A stretch of 64,000 nt of DNA from Eledone cirrhosa (lineage: Eukaryota). Numbering within the stretch: the stretch's first letter is position 1; each line of letters starts with the position of its first letter. The translations under genes were made by a program, and so were the position numbers. Below the pieces are notes generated by a model. It ran no database searches. It was not told where the DNA came from and worked only from the letters and a program-made list of their open reading frames with translations. Of this stretch, positions 22,701-35,391 are shown piece after piece. Location: NCBI GenBank assembly GCA_964016885.1, contig OZ024743.1, positions 149,172,001 to 149,236,000 on the forward strand, given 5' to 3'.

Positions 22701-23631
22701 AATCCCGGCAGAATCCTGGGAACATGGACCCTTACTATCCTCTTCTCCATGTAGGACACGTACATGATTATTTGGTCTGTTTTGCAGGGGACCACAGAAA
22801 GCTTGATAGCAAGGGTCTCAGTTTTGAAGAGCACCAAGATGCTCCTAAATTGTTTAGCCCTTGCTATATGTTTGATGTCATTATTGGTGATACACTTCAG
22901 TGCAGCCTCTACTTGTCCTTCAGAGGCTGTCTCGGCTTTGCAAGATTTCACTGATATGCACTGATATTTCAATGTTCTCCTCTAATTAGCTGCCATCACC
23001 TAGGCCAGGACGTTTAAGTTGGCCCTTGTCTTTTCTCTGGTTATAATTTTTTCCACCTGGGCCAAGCGTTCAGTTTTTTCTGTCAAATCAAAGTTGTATA
23101 GGGTTTGATTCTTTGCCGCTCTGGCTGCAAAAATACTCCTGTTTACATTGCTATTGCTGTTCCTATTGTTGTCATTTTTTTCTTCTGGTCCTACTGCTTT
23201 GATGCTTTCCATTGTTGTTGATAATGTTGTTGTTCATGTTGATGTTGTTGTTATTGCTGTTGTTGTTGGTGGCATTGTCATTATTACAGTTGTTGTTGGT
23301 GCTGTTGTTATTGTTCTCACTTATTTTCTTGCCTTTCTTATTGTTGTTGCAGTTGTTGTTGGTGTTGCTATTATTATACCAGTTGTTGCTCTCATTTATT
23401 TTGTTTTGGTTGTTGGTGCTGGTGTTGGCAATACTGCCTAATGTGGTGCAGGTGTTTGTAATGGTTGTTGGAGGGGCGGTGTTACTCCAATTGATGTTTA
23501 AGTCACTGTCACTTGACAGCTGACTTAACGCAAGTATTCCATCCATGTTTTATCAGATGAAGGATTTTTTTCAAAAAAGTATACAAAATTTAAATATTTG
23601 GGCCCAAGGCCCAAATATTATGGGGAGTCCC
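19740..23631 (-). mobile_element. L1/Tx1-clade LINE, both ends present, decayed and internally deleted
   Basis: ORF1 starts at ATG 23546 (Asn-rich, then Pro-rich). ORF2 remnants are APE (DVISVSETR, RLVAVYTP), RT (ANVLAKRL, RSIHDNL, NLDQLKAFDRVDH, AYADDI) and the C-terminal KEVVWWTR region. AATAAA lies at the 3' end. Confidence 0.88.
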
Positions 23632-23779
23632 TTCTTAAGGGTAAACACTAAAGTTTAATGCCTCTTTTGAAATAAAAAAAATATATTAACAACAAAAAGA
23701 TTTAAACACATTGAAATAACAATACATACACAAACACACAAATATATATATGACATTCTCAAGTTTGGCCTAAATCAAA

Positions 23780-24349
23780 TAAAGTGAAGAGATATTATCA
23801 CTGGAATGGATCATTTTTGTTTCATTTGAGTAGAGAATCACAGATGGAACGGCACTCCAAGTGTTTTCAAATACTTTGTAATGCTCATATAAGATATGTG
23901 ATGTCTCATTTTGTGTTACCAGGATTAGTTTTGATTAAAGTCTTGATGTGGTCATTATCCATAATAATAGGCCTGTCTGAATGGGCACAGTTTTTTAGGT
24001 CAAAATTTTCAGCTTGAAACCTAGCAAACCACTTGCAGACAGTACAATCAACTGTGGCATCATCTCCATAAATAGGACTTAAATATGTTCTGTTTGTGCA
24101 ACATGTTTGCCTTTCCAGAAATAAAAGAGCATCAAATGACAAAATGCATCATATTCCCACCCATTTTAAATGTTATTGTAAAACAGTGAAAATAAATAAT
24201 TTTCACATATTTAGATAAAAGAAGGCATTGAAATCTCCTCTTTCAGAAAACATATATATGTTATATGCTTCTGTCATATAATTAACTAAATTGCATGATT
24301 AAACACAACCAGTAGATAAAATGCCACAAACTTTTGTTACAACCCAGTA
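23780..24349 (-). mobile_element. Mariner transposon relic (5' TIR and transposase N-terminus)
   Basis: IYGDDATVDCTVCKWFARFQAENFDLKNCAHSDRPIIMDNDHIKTLIKTNP (mariner helix-turn-helix region). TIR-like tactgggttgtaacaaaagtttgtggcattt sits next to TA. Confidence 0.85.
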
Positions 24350-24570
24350 TATATGTATGTATGTGTGTGTATATATATATGTATATATGTATATGTATGT
24401 ATATGTATATATATATATGTGTATATATATATATATAAATTTATATATATATATACATATATATATACACAGTAGCGGCGATGAATTAGTATTAATTCTG
24501 GCAATATTACACAAATATGACCCTCCCCAAGTATAACAATATATATACACACATATATATATATTTATAG

Positions 24571-24604
<34 letters not shown>

Positions 24605-24806
24605 ATAAATATGCATATATATATGTATGTATTAGTATGTGTATCTGTGTATGCAGATACACATACACACATATATATACATATAAGTTTATATGGATGC
24701 ATAAATGGATGGATAGGCAATTAAAGAGGGAGAGAGACATACTGTCACCAAGTAATTCAAGGGAATATCAGTGAGGGAATCAAAGTCAAAAGAAATATAA
24801 TCATTT

Positions 24807-25148
24807 CATCATCATCATCATCATTTTATGTCCGCTTTTCCCTGCTTGCAAGGGTGGGACTGGAACTGATTCTGACTTGATTTCTACAGCTGGATGCCCT
24901 TCCTAACACCAACCTAATTTTCAGTGAGTGCTGGGTGCTTTTTTTGCCGTGGCACCTCCACAACCACTTTGCAGTGGAATGATAGGGACCCCTGCCCCTA
25001 TCATCTCATTTCTACAGCTGAGTAAACTGGAGCAATGTGAAATAAAGTGTCTTGCTCAAGGAAACAACACATCACCCGGTCTGAGAATTGAACTCACAAC
25101 CTTTCGATTGTAAGGCCAATGCTCTAACCACTAAGCCATGTGCCTCCA
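24807..25148 (-). mobile_element. tRNA/RTE-tail SINE
   Basis: Homologous to 6663-7010. Confidence 0.9.
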
Positions 25149-28100
25149 TATATAAAAAATCAAATTAGATTACATGTTTGCAATAAATATTTAGAAGAAA
25201 AATAGTGCATCTCCCTCACTGTCCTCCAGGGAAAAACCTTCTTTATTCTGTCTGCCAGGGCCGTGGGGTGGCCAGAGTGTGGGACCCCATTTGCTCATAA
25301 TAGTGAGAGCTGGGCATGGCGAGAGAGAGGGAGGCGATGCAGTGGGAATTTGGCTGCTCTGTTGGGACTTGGTGTACATGTGTGTGTAGTTTTACACATA
25401 TCGACCCTTTCATCTTGTTAAATGTTTGTACATGATTGTTTCGATGTATTTTATAATCTATGCAAGCTTCCATTAAATGGCAAAAGTAAGGAGAAGGGAG
25501 AAGAAGAACTGACTGTAAACCTCTGTCCATGGAGTATATCTCAGCTGCACACCTACAAATAAAATGATGAAGACATTACCACAGAGAATAGCCACTGAAT
25601 CCTGCTGGATCAGCCACTCTACCTCACAGGCTTAAACTTGTATTACAGCATCAATAGAGTGTTAGAATGTGATAGAAAGGGTGCAAGAATGAGGAGAGAG
25701 GGTGAGATATATATATATATATAGAGAGAGAGAGGGCGGGGGTAGAGAGATAGAGAAAGAAAGAAGGAGAGATGACTATGAAAAGGGGAGAGATAGAAGG
25801 AAAACAAGTGACTGGAAAAAAGACAGAGGAGTAAATGAGAGAATGAGAAAGTAAGAGAGGGAGGAGAAGGAAAGAAACTGATGGAAGAAGCAAAGGGGGA
25901 ATAAGGGAATAAAAGCAACATTTTCTGTGGTTACATTGATTATATATAATAAAATTGTGGTAAATTGTCCTTGTTATGATAGCCACTGTCCTGTGTCATT
26001 GACCACTAAATGGCTGATGAGGCCAGCTTAGGTCATTTATTCCAATAAAACCAGCATGTGTATGTGTGTCTCATCTGGGACCAGTAATAGATACAATTGC
26101 AGCAGGAATATAGGGTAAAGATGGGGGGTCAGCAGTAGCCATTGCATATTGTGGTTAAGGGAGGCAGTGGCCTAATTAGCCTGACTGACCAGTTTTACAA
26201 TATCATTACAGCATGTCAAGCAAGCTAAGCTGTCTCTGCTCAACCAAACCACTTATCAGTAAAGCTATATAACTTGACATGGCAGTCATTCATGCTTTTG
26301 TTATGAAGCTTTTATGAGATGACATTAACAGCCCTGAGCTGACCACAAGGGTATCACATCACATTACACACACACATACATATTACGCATACATATAAGT
26401 ACATATCTACAGATTACATATGAGTTTATACACACTCTTACACAAACATGTATGCATAGCAACATTACCATAGCTATACAAACCAATGCAAGTGTACAGA
26501 AATTTCACAAACATAACCACTCAAGCCTTCAGTTGACCACAAATATGTATGTATAAACACATTATGCACACACACACACACAAACTCACACATATACACA
26601 CAAATGTAAACATATGTAATGCTAGGATAACGATACAAAGCAATGGAAGTGATTTATCACCACTTCCACCATCATCACAACCACCCACACTACACAATGC
26701 AGGCACCGCTATGTGGTCATTCGATCTGCTAGATATAGCAGTCAATCTCCCTCAAATCACACAATGCTAACATTAATCATCTTTAAAAGGATATATTAGA
26801 TAATGTGACCTTTGGTTCCTAGCAAATAGGAAGAAGGCAAGATGGTCAGAGCTGGAGTATTTTTTATCATAGATTGGCTTAATTGGGGCTAACCTAGTGC
26901 TAAATAACAACAACAATTACGACACTCAATAACATATTCCACCCACCCCAGAGCCAACGAAAAATTCTCATCGCAGCTGCTCATCTTGCTAGAAAGAACA
27001 GTCAAACCTTCCTCAAATTAAACCCTAACATCTTAAAATAGGGTACACTCTATAATGTTAATCTAGGTTCCATGCATAGCCCTGGTTATGGCTGGAATGT
27101 CTTTGATCATGCCTACTCCTTCAGAACTCACTTGGAACTAAACACCATAAAAAACAACTTACTATTAAGATATACCATAACACACTATGCCCACTTACAA
27201 CTGATAACCAGCCACACATTGCTCCATATCACAATATATCACTGCCATTTATTACATCATATTACCAAAACACAAGCCAATGAGGAGGCCTCTGCACGGT
27301 TGCTCAAACTACTAGAAATAGCAACAAAATATCTCCCAAACAATTCTTTGCTCACTTTAACCATTTTGACACCAACTGAGTTAAAACCACTCTTTTTAAA
27401 AGGCCCCTACTTAAATTCAAATCGTTCAAATTAATTTGTTTTCTTACAAATCCCATCTTAATGAAATATTTAATAATTCTAGTAAATTCCTCAAAGCCTT
27501 TCATTAATTAATTCAAACACAATGGATTTGATTAGATCAGAAATATAGTAATGAAAGGGTCAAAATAAGGGGATAGACACATTGGATATGATAGTACTGA
27601 AGAGACAATCTGAATGATATGTAGGGGAGGGTGGTCATTGCTTGAATGCTTTTCATCATAGATCTCTGTTAAACAACAAAAACCCTTTAACCCTATTTCC
27701 AATTTGTCCCACTTACATAAATACATTAATAACAACAACAACAACTTTCTCCACCCCAAACAACTGACACTGACATAATTATAACAACAACAATGGCATA
27801 TAACAATAACACCTCATACACCTTCTTATATAACCATAACAGCTGATTATTATTGCTTGACCACATCTTGCTACAGATTAAATCAGCCATCTCTCACACC
27901 CCACTACCATTACTACTTCCTTGTTGTCCTTTCCTATTGACCATACTAACACCTCTTCCACCAACACTTCCACCATTTCTATTACCTCCTGCTCCCTCAG
28001 CCATCCAGTGACAGCAGCCATTCATAAGTCAAATGGACATGGGTCTGCTACTGCTGTTTGTATAGAAGCTGTAGTGTGGTGGTGGTGATGGTGGTGGTGG

Positions 28101-28250
28101 TGGTGGGTTTCATCCTATATTCTGGCAGTTTACTTTCTTTAAAACATTAGTGAATGAAGTGTGTGTAGTTGTATGTTGTATTTATGTATTTGAGTGTAGT
28201 TTTGTAAAACACAAAACAATAAAAAAACTACCCATACCTACACTACCCTG

Positions 28251-28312
<62 letters not shown>

Positions 28313-28605
28313 ATAAGGAAAATGTGAAGTACAGTGTAGATGTTAAAAAGTCCTTTATTAACATATATATATGTATAACATATATATATGTATAAATATA
28401 AGTTAGTAGAAATCTGTAGATGAAGGGTCAAGGGAAACAGTGCTTGATCTGTTGGAAGAGAGCTTATTTAGTGTAAACAAAGTTTCATTACACTATGTAT
28501 AAATATATATATAAATATATAAATATAAATATAAACATATATATAATCAAGTAGAGAAAAAGTTTTAAAATTAATTTTAAAAAGTTTACTGTACTTACTA
28601 TAATT

Positions 28606-28688
28606 ACCCTTACCACGCGGTTTCAAGTCTCAAAATAAATGGATAATCCTGCGGAACTCCATTGAGAAGAGGACTTTTGTCAGAGGGT
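28606..28688 (-). ncRNA. Type I hammerhead motif (G8 to A variant) with extended helix II
   Basis: accct-CTGACAA-aagtc[~43 nt]gactt-GAAACC-gcgt-GGTA-agggt. Confidence 0.7.
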
Positions 28689-29340
28689 TCTTCTCACTCG
28701 GAGAATATAAAAATCCCGAGTTCAAATCACGAACTGGCGCCATACAGAACTGCTCCCGGATGAGAGTGTATGATAAGGAACAATCTTGTCTAGTGTCGTG
28801 TGTAAAGATAGAAGGCAAGGGCAGAAAGGTAAATGTCCTGCCACTAATACATATATACCTTGCTTATACATTTAAAATGAAAAGAAATAAAGTAAATAAT
28901 AAATAATTGTTAGTTCCCATCAAGTTCTCTGGTGTCCTTGGGTTGCCAAATTTTCCTCTGTCAAATTGGGAAGTGGGTTTCTTGCCTGATGAAGGAGCCC
29001 CATGAGGTGGAATAGCTGATGCAGTGAGTATCATGGACTGTTTTCTGTAGCAATGTTTCTACCATCTTATCTGCAGGTCACAGCTGTTATTTACAATCCT
29101 GTCAAGTGTGGTGCTTTTCTCTTCCCCTACACATTTCTTTATTTTCCCTACCCCTTGATTTTTTATTATTTTTTTCTTTCTTCCTATTTTTAAATATATA
29201 TAATTAGATAGGCAATTTTGAATCAATAAATGTATTTTTCAACAACTTAACTGATCCAATAGCATTTCTTTGGACAATTGAGTTAAAGTGGGCATATTGC
29301 ATGCTATATACAATCTATTATTAATGTGTTTTGAAACAAG

Positions 29341-29530
29341 GGCGGTGGATTGGCAGTATCAGTAGAGGGTCAGACGCCATGCTTTCCAGCATAGTTACGT
29401 CCCTTTACGATCTGAGTTCAAATCCCGCTGAGGTTGACTTTGCCTTTCATCCTTACGTGGTCGATAAAATAAAATACCAGTAATGCACTGGGTAATTGCT
29501 GGCCTTGTGCCTAAAGTAGAGACAATTATT
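29341..29530 (+). mobile_element. SINE with gactttgcctttcatcc...ggtcgataaaataaagtaccagt core (fragments also at 31478, 31772, 49197-49354, 62195-62735)
   Basis: Multi-copy repeat with B-box gagttcaaatcc and an (ATT)n tail. Confidence 0.88.
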
Positions 29531-29599
29531 AATGTGTTTTGAAATTCTATGAAAATTACCCTGGAAAAAAATGTACCTAATTCGATTTCTATATGCAAA

Positions 29600-30570
29600 G
29601 ATGATCTGTAGGTTGTATTATGCTGTGAGGACAGGTCCAATCATTTGGGATCCATTCAGACGTCCATACTTGGTTGATGATGTAGGTGAGCCACTGGATC
29701 ATGTTATCTCTTGGTTCAGTCTGGACAGCTACACCTGGAAGGCAATCAACCACATCATGGAGATTTATTGTCACAAACTTATGGGTCTTGAGAGGAGCTC
29801 ACCATAGTAATACTGACCATTGATCATTGGCTGTGACACTGAATTTAAGGTTGTGGACAGACCCTGCAACCAAATACCAGCCTGCCTTTATCTTGTCTCT
29901 CTGCTCCCAACATCACATCTACATTTGCATGCTCCATCTCCAATTGCTTCAGCACCCTGGCTGAGGACAAGACCGACAACTGAGAGATCTTTAAATCAAG
30001 TGTCAACCAGTCAGCACATGACATCCTGACAAAATCAAGACCCCTTCCTAAACGGTCCTGGATTCCATGCAGGCACTGAAGATAATAAATTGTCTCCACA
30101 CGGCTCCCCTGTGCAATAACATGAATGAATACTGCTGACTCAATAATATATGCAACAAGGCCATCACCTTGACTGGGAGAAGATTCGGGCGGGAGAAACT
30201 GAACATTTGGAGGCAGCAGCAAAGAACAACAACCTCCTCAGCCATATGTTCAACACACTCTGCAAAGCCCATGTCAGTCTCCAGATCAAGATAGTCTTGG
30301 TGAAGGAGACCAATGACAATGTCATCATCACAGAAAATGCCTTTCTTAAATGCTGGAAGGAGCACTTTAGCCTTTTTCTTCATCAGCCATCTGTCCCAAT
30401 CAATCCTTGCCTAACCATCACTTTAGACACATTTGCAACCAACACCACTTGTGGAATCAATCCTGTCACCCTTGACGAAATCAGAGCTGGTCTGAAGAAG
30501 CTCCACAACTGCAAAGCCCCTGGAATCTGCACTATCATCACAGAGATGTTGAACCATCATTGCCTACATT
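29600..30570 (+). mobile_element. Old LINE fragment (RTE-like endonuclease end to pre-RT region)
   Basis: WFSLDSYTWKAINHI; CWKEHFSLFL; PVTLDEIRAGLKKLHNCKAPGICTIITEML. Confidence 0.8.
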
Positions 30571-31902
30571 AATAATGTCAGATGTGAAGTGAAAATAAAG
30601 TGATAAACACACACACACACAAACACAAAATCAAACACACATCATTGTGTCATTAATTGACTCGCAGTTAAAAATATAAATATAATTTCTAAAATTTCTT
30701 TCATCACACATTTCTATGACATCTTTAGTGATTATCACTGTGTTTCCTCCCATTGTGTTTCTATAATGTTTTTTTTTCTCTGCTTGAGCATGCATTTGTG
30801 TGTATGTATTCTGTTTGGTGTGTGCTCGTGTGTTTATGATACCAATCCCATTACTTTTCAGATAGACCTTATACATATACAAATACATATTATGATAATG
30901 TTACATCCGTTTTGCATGTTGGCTTGTGTTGGATTGGTGGTCTTAATCAGAAACAGGATGAAGTCAAGAGAATCACATATTGCTCATCTGTTAGACACAC
31001 AGCGACTAACAACAGAATGTTTTAAGTCTGCAAGTCTGACATATATGCGTAGCTTGGGAATAAAAATTTCAAGGGGTTTCACTGACCGTGGTGATCCCTT
31101 TAAATATCTTTTGTAATGTATCGTCTTATTGGCTAATTTCATCATCTTATCGGCTAATCAACCAATGAGAGTAATTGTTGCTCAAAAGCATCCGCCACTT
31201 TGTTTGCACGTTTATTTATCGTTTCGCTTTCGAACCTTCCTCCTTTCATCGTTTATCTTCAAAATATTTTTCTCGTTTTTGTTAATTTATATATGATTTT
31301 TTAAATTTATATTAATTTATATTAATTTATATTAACTATTTTTTTTCAATTCGTTATAACATGCTTATAATATTGATTGTATCATATTTACTTGTATATT
31401 TGTCCATATTATTGTTCGTTTTATGTTAGATTATTTTATTATTATGTTAGATTATTCTTTTATTATTATGTTAGACCGAGGTTAACTTTGCCTTTCATCC
31501 TTCCGGGGTCGATAGAATAAAGTACCAGTAATGCATTGGGTAATTGCTGGCCTTGTGCCAAAAGTAGAAACAATTATTATGTTAGACTATTTGTATGTAA
31601 TATTTAATTTTTAATAATTCAACTATAACATGTAAAATAAATTTATTTAATATTGATTGTTTTTTGTAGTTGTTTATAAAATTCTGAAAATATGTTTATA
31701 CATCTTACAATATTTATAAGATCATTTATAAAATAACAATTATATAATCTAATTACATTACAACAATAATTTGGGGTCGATAAAATAAAGTACCAGTAAT
31801 GTACTGGGTAATTGATGGCCTTGTGCCAAAAGTAGAAACAATTATTAATATATATCATGTTTAACTAGAGTTATTACAAGCGTTGCTTTAAAAAAATATT
31901 AA

Positions 31903-32343
31903 ACTAGAACTGAAAAATGCACAAACTCAAAAGAGCCACAGAATGTTAAAATAAACCTTCAAAAGTGTGGGACTAGAGTTGTTGCTCAAAAATATTGTAA
32001 TCATTATCTATCGTACACTCTGTGGCATCCTTTTATAAAAAAAAGACTCATAACAAACTCAAGACGACACAATAATTATTTAAGTGAATTTATAATATAG
32101 AATTCGGTTTAAGTGCATTTCATATCAATCATTACTAAACATCTAATATGAGATATTGAACATTAGCTTAAATAATTATCGTCTTGAGTTCGTTATGAGT
32201 CTCTTTTTTATAAAAGGATGCCACAGAGTGTAGGATAGATAATGATTACAATATTTTTTAGCAACAACTCTAGTCTCACACTTTTGAAGGTTTATTATAA
32301 CATTCTGTGGCTCTTTTGAGCTTGCGCATTTTTCAGGTCTAGT
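31903..32343. repeat. Inverted repeat with ~165-bp arms and ~110-bp spacer (MITE or fold-back-like)
   Basis: 31903-32067 is the reverse complement of 32179-32343, with scattered mismatches. Confidence 0.85.
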
Positions 32344-33049
32344 ATATTCTATTCTTGGTAGGATTTCTTCAGTTGGAAGTCCTTCCACAAACCATCAACT
32401 TTACAGGATGTCCTGAGTGTAATTTATCATGGCATTTGTACTGACACTTAGATGATGTACTGGGTGCATTTTTTCATTGCGTCAACACTAGAGAGGGTGT
32501 TGTGACCTTAGCAGGGCAAAGAGAAATAGAAATTGGAGAAGGTGTGTGAGAGTATGACAGATGAGGCACTATGTAGGGAGCACCGGCAGATACATATCTA
32601 TTATGAATAGAAGAATTTGGGTGCATAAGTGTTGAATGTGTTAATAAGTAGACTTTGGAAAAAGGAATGATGGTTGGTTGCATAATAGGTGGTTGTGATA
32701 ATTACAAGATTAAGGGTAACTCTTTTTACATGTGTAATATTGAGCAATGTATATGGGTGGGTGGGTAAAAGAGAGTGATGTGAGTCATACAGACTCTAAG
32801 CTTTCCCTTTCTTTGTGGGCAGTGTGATGCAGAGAATTTAAGAAGTGATTTGAATGAAAATAGGGTTAAAACTTGTTGGGAGACAATGATGGTGTGTATA
32901 ATAGTTTATTAGATGGAGGCTTAACAGGTGATATTTCATTTAGGATTGCCTACTTGCAGCAGTGGTTGGGTCTTTTCCTACTCTATGAGCTATCAATTGT
33001 CTCAATCCTTTGTAAAGTTTGTCTTGAGGTTCAGTTTTCTGAGGCCAGT

Positions 33050-33660
33050 TCTCACCACCCATATCTTCCAAGGTCTACCTCTTCCACATGTTTAATTAAC
33101 AACAGGAGCTTGGCACCACATATCCAAACCAGCACAACCTTCTCTCTTGTCTATTACAACTGATTCCTCTTATGCCTATTTTTCCTCTTAACTCATTGAT
33201 GCTCCTTCATTCATGCACACTAACATTACATATCCAACATAGCATGTTGTCTCATTTCTTTCTAGCCATTGCACAACTACATTCAAGGCCTAAGATTCAC
33301 TTCCATATAGTATTTCAGTTCTTAAACAAATCTTTCACTCTGAGAGACAAAAGCCTTTTGTAAGCTCCTGTTGTGAGAGCTCCCTGAACTTTTTTCAATT
33401 TGTTGTTATCCTGGATATTATGCTTTCTGTACACCCATATCTACTGTTGATGAGGTCATCTAGCTATCAGAAGCTGTCAACTATTTCCAGTGCTCCTTCA
33501 GAGCATAGAAGTTATATTACTTTGTGAGTGTCTTTACTGTTAATCGCTCCAGTGCATCTACACAAATGAAGTTTACCTTTTCTGACAGTCTTTCTGTAAC
33601 AACACTACACCTCTTGTGAGTCTATAAGTTACAGTGAAATCATCATATGGAATTTTTGCC
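33050..33660 (-). mobile_element. Degraded RTE fragment
   Basis: Minus-strand remnants of the zinc finger (THKRCS), LEIVDSF and KKFREL. Confidence 0.65.
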
Positions 33661-33827
33661 ATATATATTATATGTGTGTGTGTGTAAGTGTGTGTATATA
33701 TATATTTGTAGAGGGTACAATTGCGTATGTCATGATATATAGGCTGGAGTATATGCTCTAGGTATTTTTAAACTACTACACAAATAAGAGTATATTATAA
33801 TAATGACCTAACATTCTTTCTTGACAG

Positions 33828-33900
33828 GAATATACATCATATATACGTCTGACAATTTTATATAGAGAAGATCATATGATATCAGCTATTACAATTTTAA
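33828..33900 (+). CDS. Candidate host exon (EYTSYIRLTILYREDHMISAITIL)
   Basis: Branch point cctaac, pyrimidine tract, cAG acceptor and GTCAGT donor. Phase 1 fits the candidate at 34272. Confidence 0.35.
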
Positions 33901-33953
33901 GTCAGTTAAAGTACAAGAAATGAATGCCAAATATCCTGCATTATTACCTTTAA

Positions 33954-34185
33954 CCCTTTAGCATTTACAGTACTATATATATCTTTGTATTTTTGTGGTA
34001 AAGGCTTTATCTTACATAATATCTCACATAATATCTCACATAATATCAAATCTATGAGATTTTGATATTCTTTATTTTCATAACAATACCTTATATCATT
34101 GATATGAGTGGCAAGTTACGGCTGGTTTGAACAGAAAGAGGTGAAAGAACTCTGGTTGGATATGGCCAGTTAAAATGCTAAAGGG
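33954..34185. mobile_element. piggyBac-type MITE (TTAA target)
   Basis: TTAA-ccctttagcattt...aaatgctaaaggg-TTAA. A similar left end occurs near 61810. Confidence 0.8.
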
Positions 34186-34271
34186 TTAAAATGAGTAAGA
34201 CACCATGAACAATGTAGTCCTACATATATAGAATGACTGGATGATTAAGGTTAAAATACCTGTGATTATAG

Positions 34272-34426
34272 GTCTGAATGATCAGGTTATACATAAGGAG
34301 GAGTGTGCTAAACATCAACAACAACAACAGCAGCAACAGCAGCAACAAGAATATTATATATTTGAAGGGAAGTGCATCAATGAAGTTGTATATGTGATAT
34401 TCTATACTGAGATATGTAAACCATAG
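34272..34426 (+). CDS. Candidate polyglutamine exon
   Basis: Mixed CAA/CAG tract in an open frame (LNDQVIHKEECAKHQ11EYYIFEGKCINEVVYVIFYTEICKP*). The acceptor is weak. Confidence 0.3.
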
Positions 34427-34794
34427 GAATCATTCAATGGTAAGGCCCCCAGGCTTTCCTGAATTTTGGACCCCACTCTGTCACTTCATTCTTTCATCCC
34501 AATACAGCTGTCAGTATGAAGTTTGTCTGGTATATTTAATTCATACCAGATTATCAACTTATCAAATAAAAAATTTAACAATATACCATAAAAATCATTT
34601 TACTGATTATTATGAGTTGATAAAGTGAATTTTAAAATAATTTGCACGGGGAGCTCACATACAAAAAATAAACTTAAGTTAAAACTTTCCTCATTATTCA
34701 GCCAACAAACTGCCCAAGAACTGGAATGGTTCAGTGAAAAAGGAAAAAAATAATTAGCCACAAGTGCCTGTAGAGCCAATACTTCCTGTAGTTC

Positions 34795-35085
34795 TGTCTC
34801 TCCTTTGTTCTGTCTTACACACAAAAACAAGATCTGACAGAACAAAGGAGAGATATAAAATAAAAAAGTAGTCACTGAGAAGGTCACAGAATGTGTGACG
34901 AAAGAGCTTTGACACTATATAAACAGCCATCTGGTTATCGAACCAACCAACCAATGGGAAATTTATAATAAATTGAAGTGTGTGTGTTTTTATTGGCAGC
35001 ATAACCCTCCAAAAGTATAACAATATCTGTTTCAACAGACACTTTCAGATCAGAAATCTTGCAAAACAAATTCAAAAACGAAGTA
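34795..35085 (+). mobile_element. Solo PLE terminal repeat (family of 58240-59762) with degenerate hammerhead at 34871-34913
   Basis: Reverse-complement homology to 58243-58560. Confidence 0.8.
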
Positions 35086-35215
35086 TATATACATATATAT
35101 ATATATAAATATATATATATATTTGTATAGTAATAATAATAAATGTGAAGACTAAAATCCAAAGAGGGATCGATAAGGATAAATATATATCAAATATATA
35201 AGAACCCTAGAGTAA

Positions 35216-35360
35216 ATATTTATTAAAATAACAGATTAAAGTTTAAGCAAAGAATCGCTGCTTTCACCCTTAACGGGATCTTCTGGGTTTCAGAAGATCC
35301 TGTTAAAGGTGAAAGCAGCGATTCTTTGCTTAAACTTTAATCTGTTATTTTAATAAATAT
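35216..35360. repeat. Palindrome with 70-bp arms and 5-nt loop
   Basis: Symmetric about ggttt at 35286-35290, with two mismatches seen. Confidence 0.9.
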
Positions 35361-35391
35361 ATATATGTGTGTGTGTGTATATATATATATA

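Noticed and set aside
26005-26045. CTGATGA followed by the hairpin ggcc/ggtc
   Set aside because: There is no GAAA or helix III, so it is not a supportable hammerhead.
28978-29030. CTGATGA...GAATAGCTGAT resembling a hammerhead, with similar traces near 12170, 51955 and 60050
   Set aside because: Core and helix II are too degenerate to call without a family consensus.
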